From Candidatus Eiseniibacteriota bacterium (GTDB taxonomy: Bacteria > Eisenbacteria > RBG-16-71-46): 10,551 nucleotides of DNA. The stretch covers positions 1 through 10,551 of the forward strand of contig JANLOX010000042.1 in assembly GCA_031366795.1 (NCBI GenBank). Direction: 5' to 3'. Below are positions 7,458 to 10,551 of the stretch, one piece after another. The position numbers were made by a program, and so were the translations under genes. Position 1 is the first letter of the stretch. The number at the start of each line of letters is the position of its first letter. Below the pieces are notes generated by a model. It ran no database searches. It had not been told where the DNA came from and saw only the letters and a list, made by a program, of their open reading frames with translations.

Positions 7458-8828
7458 CTAGTGATGTGCGCCGCCATTCTTGTTCGCAGCGCGCCAGTCC
7501 TCAACGCCGCCCTGGATTTTAGCAGTGCCCTTCTCGATCCGGTCGTTCCACGATTCGAACGGCTTGTTGCCCGTCACGTCTTCCATGGTGATGCAGTTGA
7601 GCACCGGGCAGACGGCCGCGCACAGGTTGCAGCCCGTGCACTCCGTCTCGTCCACCCACACGATATGCGAGTCGCGCTCGCGCGCGGCCACGAGCGCCGC
7701 GTCCCGCGTGGGCGCGACATGGCCCGCGTGCAGCGGTTCGCCGGCGGTGTGAATGCAATGCACCGAGGAATCGCGGCAAGCCACGTAACACAGGTCGCAA
7801 CCGATGCACAGGTCGGGATTGACGCGCGCCGCGACCTTGTAGTTGAGGTCGAGATCGCCCCATTCCGTGAACGCCGGGAGCGCCTTGCCGCGCAGCTCGT
7901 TGACCGACGCCATGCCCTTTTCGTCGAGGAAATTCGACAGCCCCTCGATCATGTCCTCGACGATGCGGAAGCCGTAGTGCATGACCGAGGCGCACACCTG
8001 CACGCTGGTCGAGCCCAAGGCGATGAACTCCGCGGCGTCGCGCCAAGTGGCGATCCCGCCGATGCCGGAGATCGGCACGGTGATGCGCGGGTCGCGGCCC
8101 AACGCACCCACCATGTGCAGCGCAATCGGCTTCACCGCCGGCCCGCAATAGCCACCATTGGTCGAGTACTTGCCTACAACCGGATACGGCACCATGCGGT
8201 CGAGGTCGACGCCGATGATGCTCTTGATGGTGTTGATGAGCGAGAGGCCATGCGCACCCGCTTCGACCGCCGCGACGCCGGGGACCAGGATGTCGCCGAC
8301 GTTGGGCGTGAGCTTGATCAGCACTGGGACTGTCGAATACTCGACCGCCCAGCCGGCGACCACCTTGAGCACCTTGGGCTCCTGCCCGACGGCGGACCCC
8401 ATGCCACGTTCGCACATGCCATGCGGGCAGCCAAAGTTGAGTTCGAGCCCGTCGGCGCCGTGATCGATGACCGCCTTGATGACGTCGCGCCAGTCCTCGC
8501 GCTTCTCGAGCATCAGCGAGGCGATCACCGCGTGCTTGGGATACTGCTTCTTGACCTCGAGCATCTCGCGCAGGTTGGTCTCGAGCGGCCTGTCCGTGAT
8601 CAGCTCGATGTTGTTGAACCCCACCATCCGCTGACCGCCCACGTCGAGCGACCCGAACCGGCTGGAGGTGTCCATGATCGGGTCGCCGAGCGTCTTCCAC
8701 ACGGCGCCACCCCAACCGGCGTCGAAGGCGCGCTTGATCTGGTCCCCTGTATTCGTCGGCGGCGCGCTGGCCAGCCAGAACGGATTGGGGCTAGAGATGC
8801 CGGCGAACGAAATCGAGAGATCAGCCAT
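7458..8828 (-). CDS. preA: Dihydropyrimidine dehydrogenase FMN/[4Fe-4S] subunit (PreA/PydA)
   Basis: NPFWLASAPPT, GWGGAVWKT, GFNNIELI, active-site loop ELNFGCPHGMCERGMG, KLTPN, INT, GGYCGPAVKPIAL and PISGIGGI. C-terminal ferredoxin motifs CIGCDLCYVAC and CTGCNLCAAVCP distinguish it from PyrD. Confidence 0.95.
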   Translation of the reverse strand: MADLSISFAGISSPNPFWLASAPPTNTGDQIKRAFDAGWGGAVWKTLGDPIMDTSSRFGSLDVGGQRMVGFNNIELITDRPLETNLREMLEVKKQYPKHAVIASLMLEKREDWRDVIKAVIDHGADGLELNFGCPHGMCERGMGSAVGQEPKVLKVVAGWAVEYSTVPVLIKLTPNVGDILVPGVAAVEAGAHGLSLINTIKSIIGVDLDRMVPYPVVGKYSTNGGYCGPAVKPIALHMVGALGRDPRITVPISGIGGIATWRDAAEFIALGSTSVQVCASVMHYGFRIVEDMIEGLSNFLDEKGMASVNELRGKALPAFTEWGDLDLNYKVAARVNPDLCIGCDLCYVACRDSSVHCIHTAGEPLHAGHVAPTRDAALVAARERDSHIVWVDETECTGCNLCAAVCPVLNCITMEDVTGNKPFESWNDRIEKGTAKIQGGVEDWRAANKNGGAHH

Positions 8829-8909
8829 CGGGGGTCTCGGATGGGTTGCTGGAAAGTAATCGCTCTCGGGCGGCGGCCACGGCTCACGGGCCGGGGTACA
8901 ATGGCCGGT

Positions 8910-8918
8910 ATCCTAGCA
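8910..8918 (-). promoter_or_regulatory. Candidate extended -10 promoter for the preA operon
   Basis: The minus strand reads TG-C-TAGGAT (TGn plus TAnnnT) about 80 bp upstream of the preA ATG. There is no convincing -35. Confidence 0.4.
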
Positions 8919-9167
8919 CCGCTTCCCCTGAGCGTGCGATCAGCCCCGAGACCCCGGTCCGCGAGGATCAGCGGGCGGATCGGCGAGTGATAAGTCCCCG
9001 GGCGGGCAGTCGGTATGAGCCGGCCTCGGTCAAGGCCTAGGGTCATCGACCCTGCCCACCCGGTTCATCTGCTGGTTACACCCGGTCCACCGCGCGGGTT
9101 CCGCACTTTCCGTCGAACAAATTCGCGGCGTTGCGGCGACTGCACCTACGCGCAGGCGAGCGGCTGC

Positions 9168-9239
9168 GGCGTCCCACTCGACGTCCCACTCGACGTCCCG
9201 CGCGACGTCCCGCGCGACGTCCCACGCGAGGCCCCGCAT
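9168..9239. repeat. Intergenic 12-bp tandem repeat, consensus GACGTCCCRCKC, 5 copies plus 1 degenerate
   Basis: GGCGTCCCACTC 9168, GACGTCCCACTC 9180, GACGTCCCGCGC 9192, GACGTCCCGCGC 9204, GACGTCCCACGC 9216, GAGGCCCCGCAT 9228. Confidence 0.95.
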
Positions 9240-9254
9240 CACACCCCGCTGCGG

Positions 9255-9283
9255 TTGCCTGCCAGCAGTCATCCCGATACAGT
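9255..9283 (+). promoter_or_regulatory. Candidate sigma70-type promoter of the pnt operon
   Basis: TTGCCT (9255-9260), a 17-nt spacer, then TACAGT (9278-9283), which ends 8 nt before the ATG at 9292. Confidence 0.6.
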
Positions 9284-9291
9284 GACGCTCT

Positions 9292-10479
9292 ATGGTCCGC
9301 GTAGGTGTGCCTCGCGAAGTTGCGCCCGGTGAAACTCGGGTCGCGTTGATTCCCGAATCTGCCGCCAAGCTGGTGAAGGCGGGATTCGAAGTGGTCGTCG
9401 AAGCCGGTGCAGGCAAAGCGTCTGGCTACGAAGACGCCGCTTACACCGCAGCCGGCGCCACGGTCCTGGGTGACGTGAAGGACCTGTTCGCCAGGGCCGA
9501 CATCGTCGTCAAGGTGCGCGAGCCGCAGACCGGTCCCGCCGGCGACGAGGCTGACTTGCTCCACACCGGCTCCACGCTCGTCACCTTCATCAATCCCGCG
9601 CGCAATACCGAGTTGATCGCGAAGCTCGCCGCGCGTGGCGTCACGACCTTTTCGATGGAATCCGTGCCGCGCATCACGCGCGCGCAGAAGATGGACGCAC
9701 TGTCGTCCATGAGCACGGTCGCCGGCTACAAGGCGGTGCTGCTCGCGGCGAACACCCTCGGCCGTTTCTTCCCGCTGTTCATGACCGCCGCGGGCACCAT
9801 CGCGCCGGCGCGCGTGTTCATCCTGGGCGCCGGTGTCGCAGGGCTGCAGGCGATCGCCACGGCGCGCAGGCTGGGCGCGGTCGTCGAGGCGTTCGACGTG
9901 CGGCCGGCGGTGCGCGAAGAAGTGAAGAGCCTGGGCGCCATCTTCGTCGGCGATGAACTGGTGTCGGAGGCGACCGTCGACAAGGGCGGCTACGCCAAGG
10001 AAGTCGGCGCCGACATGCAATCGAAGATCCGCGAGCTGACCGCCAAGCACTGCAAGACCTCCGATGTCGTGATCACCACCGCGAACGTGCCGGGCCGCCG
10101 CGCGCCGGTGCTGGTCACCGCGGCGATGGTCGCGGAGATGAAGCCGGGCTCGGTGATCGTGGACCTCGCCTCCGAGTCGGGCGGCAACTGCGAACTGACG
10201 CGCCCCGGCCAAACGGTCGTCGAGCATGGCGTCACCATCGTGGCGCCGCTCAACATTCTCGGCGAGCTGCCCTACCACGCCAGCATGATGTACTCGCGCA
10301 ACATCTGGGCCGTGCTGACGCACCTGGTGACCAAGGAAGGCCAGCTCAAGTTCGACTTCGAGGACGAGATCACCCGCGAATCGATCCTGACGCACGACGG
10401 CCGCGTCCTGAAGAGCGGCGCATACCCAGCACCGGCGGCAGCCGCCGCGACAGCACCCGCGACCTCCGGCGCCCGCTAG
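9292..10479 (+). CDS. pntAA: Proton-translocating NAD(P) transhydrogenase subunit alpha part 1 (NAD(H)-binding domain I)
   Basis: VGVPRE..GETRVAL.P, PRITRAQKMDALSSM (transhydrogenase RQD loop), FMTAAGTI.PA, Rossmann GAGVAG, FDVRP, VITTA..PGR.AP and DLA.E.GGNCE. It has no C-terminal membrane helices, so it is the split-alpha type. Confidence 0.95.
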   Translation: MVRVGVPREVAPGETRVALIPESAAKLVKAGFEVVVEAGAGKASGYEDAAYTAAGATVLGDVKDLFARADIVVKVREPQTGPAGDEADLLHTGSTLVTFINPARNTELIAKLAARGVTTFSMESVPRITRAQKMDALSSMSTVAGYKAVLLAANTLGRFFPLFMTAAGTIAPARVFILGAGVAGLQAIATARRLGAVVEAFDVRPAVREEVKSLGAIFVGDELVSEATVDKGGYAKEVGADMQSKIRELTAKHCKTSDVVITTANVPGRRAPVLVTAAMVAEMKPGSVIVDLASESGGNCELTRPGQTVVEHGVTIVAPLNILGELPYHASMMYSRNIWAVLTHLVTKEGQLKFDFEDEITRESILTHDGRVLKSGAYPAPAAAAATAPATSGAR

Positions 10480-10508
10480 GCGCGCAACGACCATCCGAAG
10501 GACTCCGC

Positions 10509-10551
10509 ATGAATGCTGAAATACCCACCGTCATCGCACTGATCTACGTGT
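10509..10551 (+). CDS. pntAB: Probable 5' end of NAD(P) transhydrogenase alpha part 2 (truncated by the window)
   Basis: GAAGGA Shine-Dalgarno-like sequence at 10497-10502, then ATG 10509 giving MNAEIPTVIALIYV..., a hydrophobic start. This is the expected position after a split pntAA. Only 14 codons are visible. Confidence 0.7.
   Translation, partial: MNAEIPTVIALIYV

Noticed and set aside
7458..8828. Dihydroorotate dehydrogenase (pyrD) annotation
   Set aside because: The NFGCPHGM.ERGMG loop and C-terminal 2x[4Fe-4S] domain are characteristic of PreA.
8829..9165. Riboswitch/ncRNA or Rex operator in the divergent intergenic region; short stem AGGGTC-ATC-GACCCT at 9039-9053; plus-strand TACAAT at 8897-8902
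   Set aside because: I could not recognise any Rfam-like motif or a TTGTGAA-N4-TTCACAA site. A 6-bp stem and a lone hexamer without a -35 are expected by chance. An Infernal search would be needed to exclude an RNA.
9168..9239. CRISPR array, iterons, or a small DVP[LR]-repeat protein (ORF 9015-9332)
   Set aside because: The units are 12 bp and contiguous with no spacers, and there are no cas or rep genes. The ORF overlaps pntAA and its promoter and has no other coding features.
9292..10479. Alanine dehydrogenase annotation
   Set aside because: The RITRAQ.MD.LSS and TAAGT motifs are transhydrogenase-specific, and a membrane subunit appears to follow.

Overview
GC-rich bacterial DNA made up mostly of metabolic genes. 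On the minus strand there is a tightly coupled four-gene run: preA (dihydropyrimidine dehydrogenase subunit), a PIG-L/LmbE deacetylase, an ArnT-like GT-C glycosyltransferase, and malQ. After a ~550-bp gap it is followed by a lower-GC gene for a secreted modular protein (signal peptide, Cys-rich Ig-like domain, two LamG domains, tandem 71-aa repeats) that runs off the left edge. That gene is interrupted by an in-frame TAG at 305-307, inside a cluster of mismatches in one repeat, and the frame stays open beyond it. Divergently on the plus strand are a split transhydrogenase alpha-1 gene (pntAA) and the start of pntAB. The intergenic region holds a 12-bp tandem repeat and a sigma70-like promoter placed so that pntAA may be leaderless. 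I found no mobile element, CRISPR array or RNA gene. The best candidates for something undescribed are the preT-less preA heading a deacetylase/GT-C/amylomaltase operon, and the amber-interrupted repeat adhesin. Both are hypotheses, not demonstrated systems.
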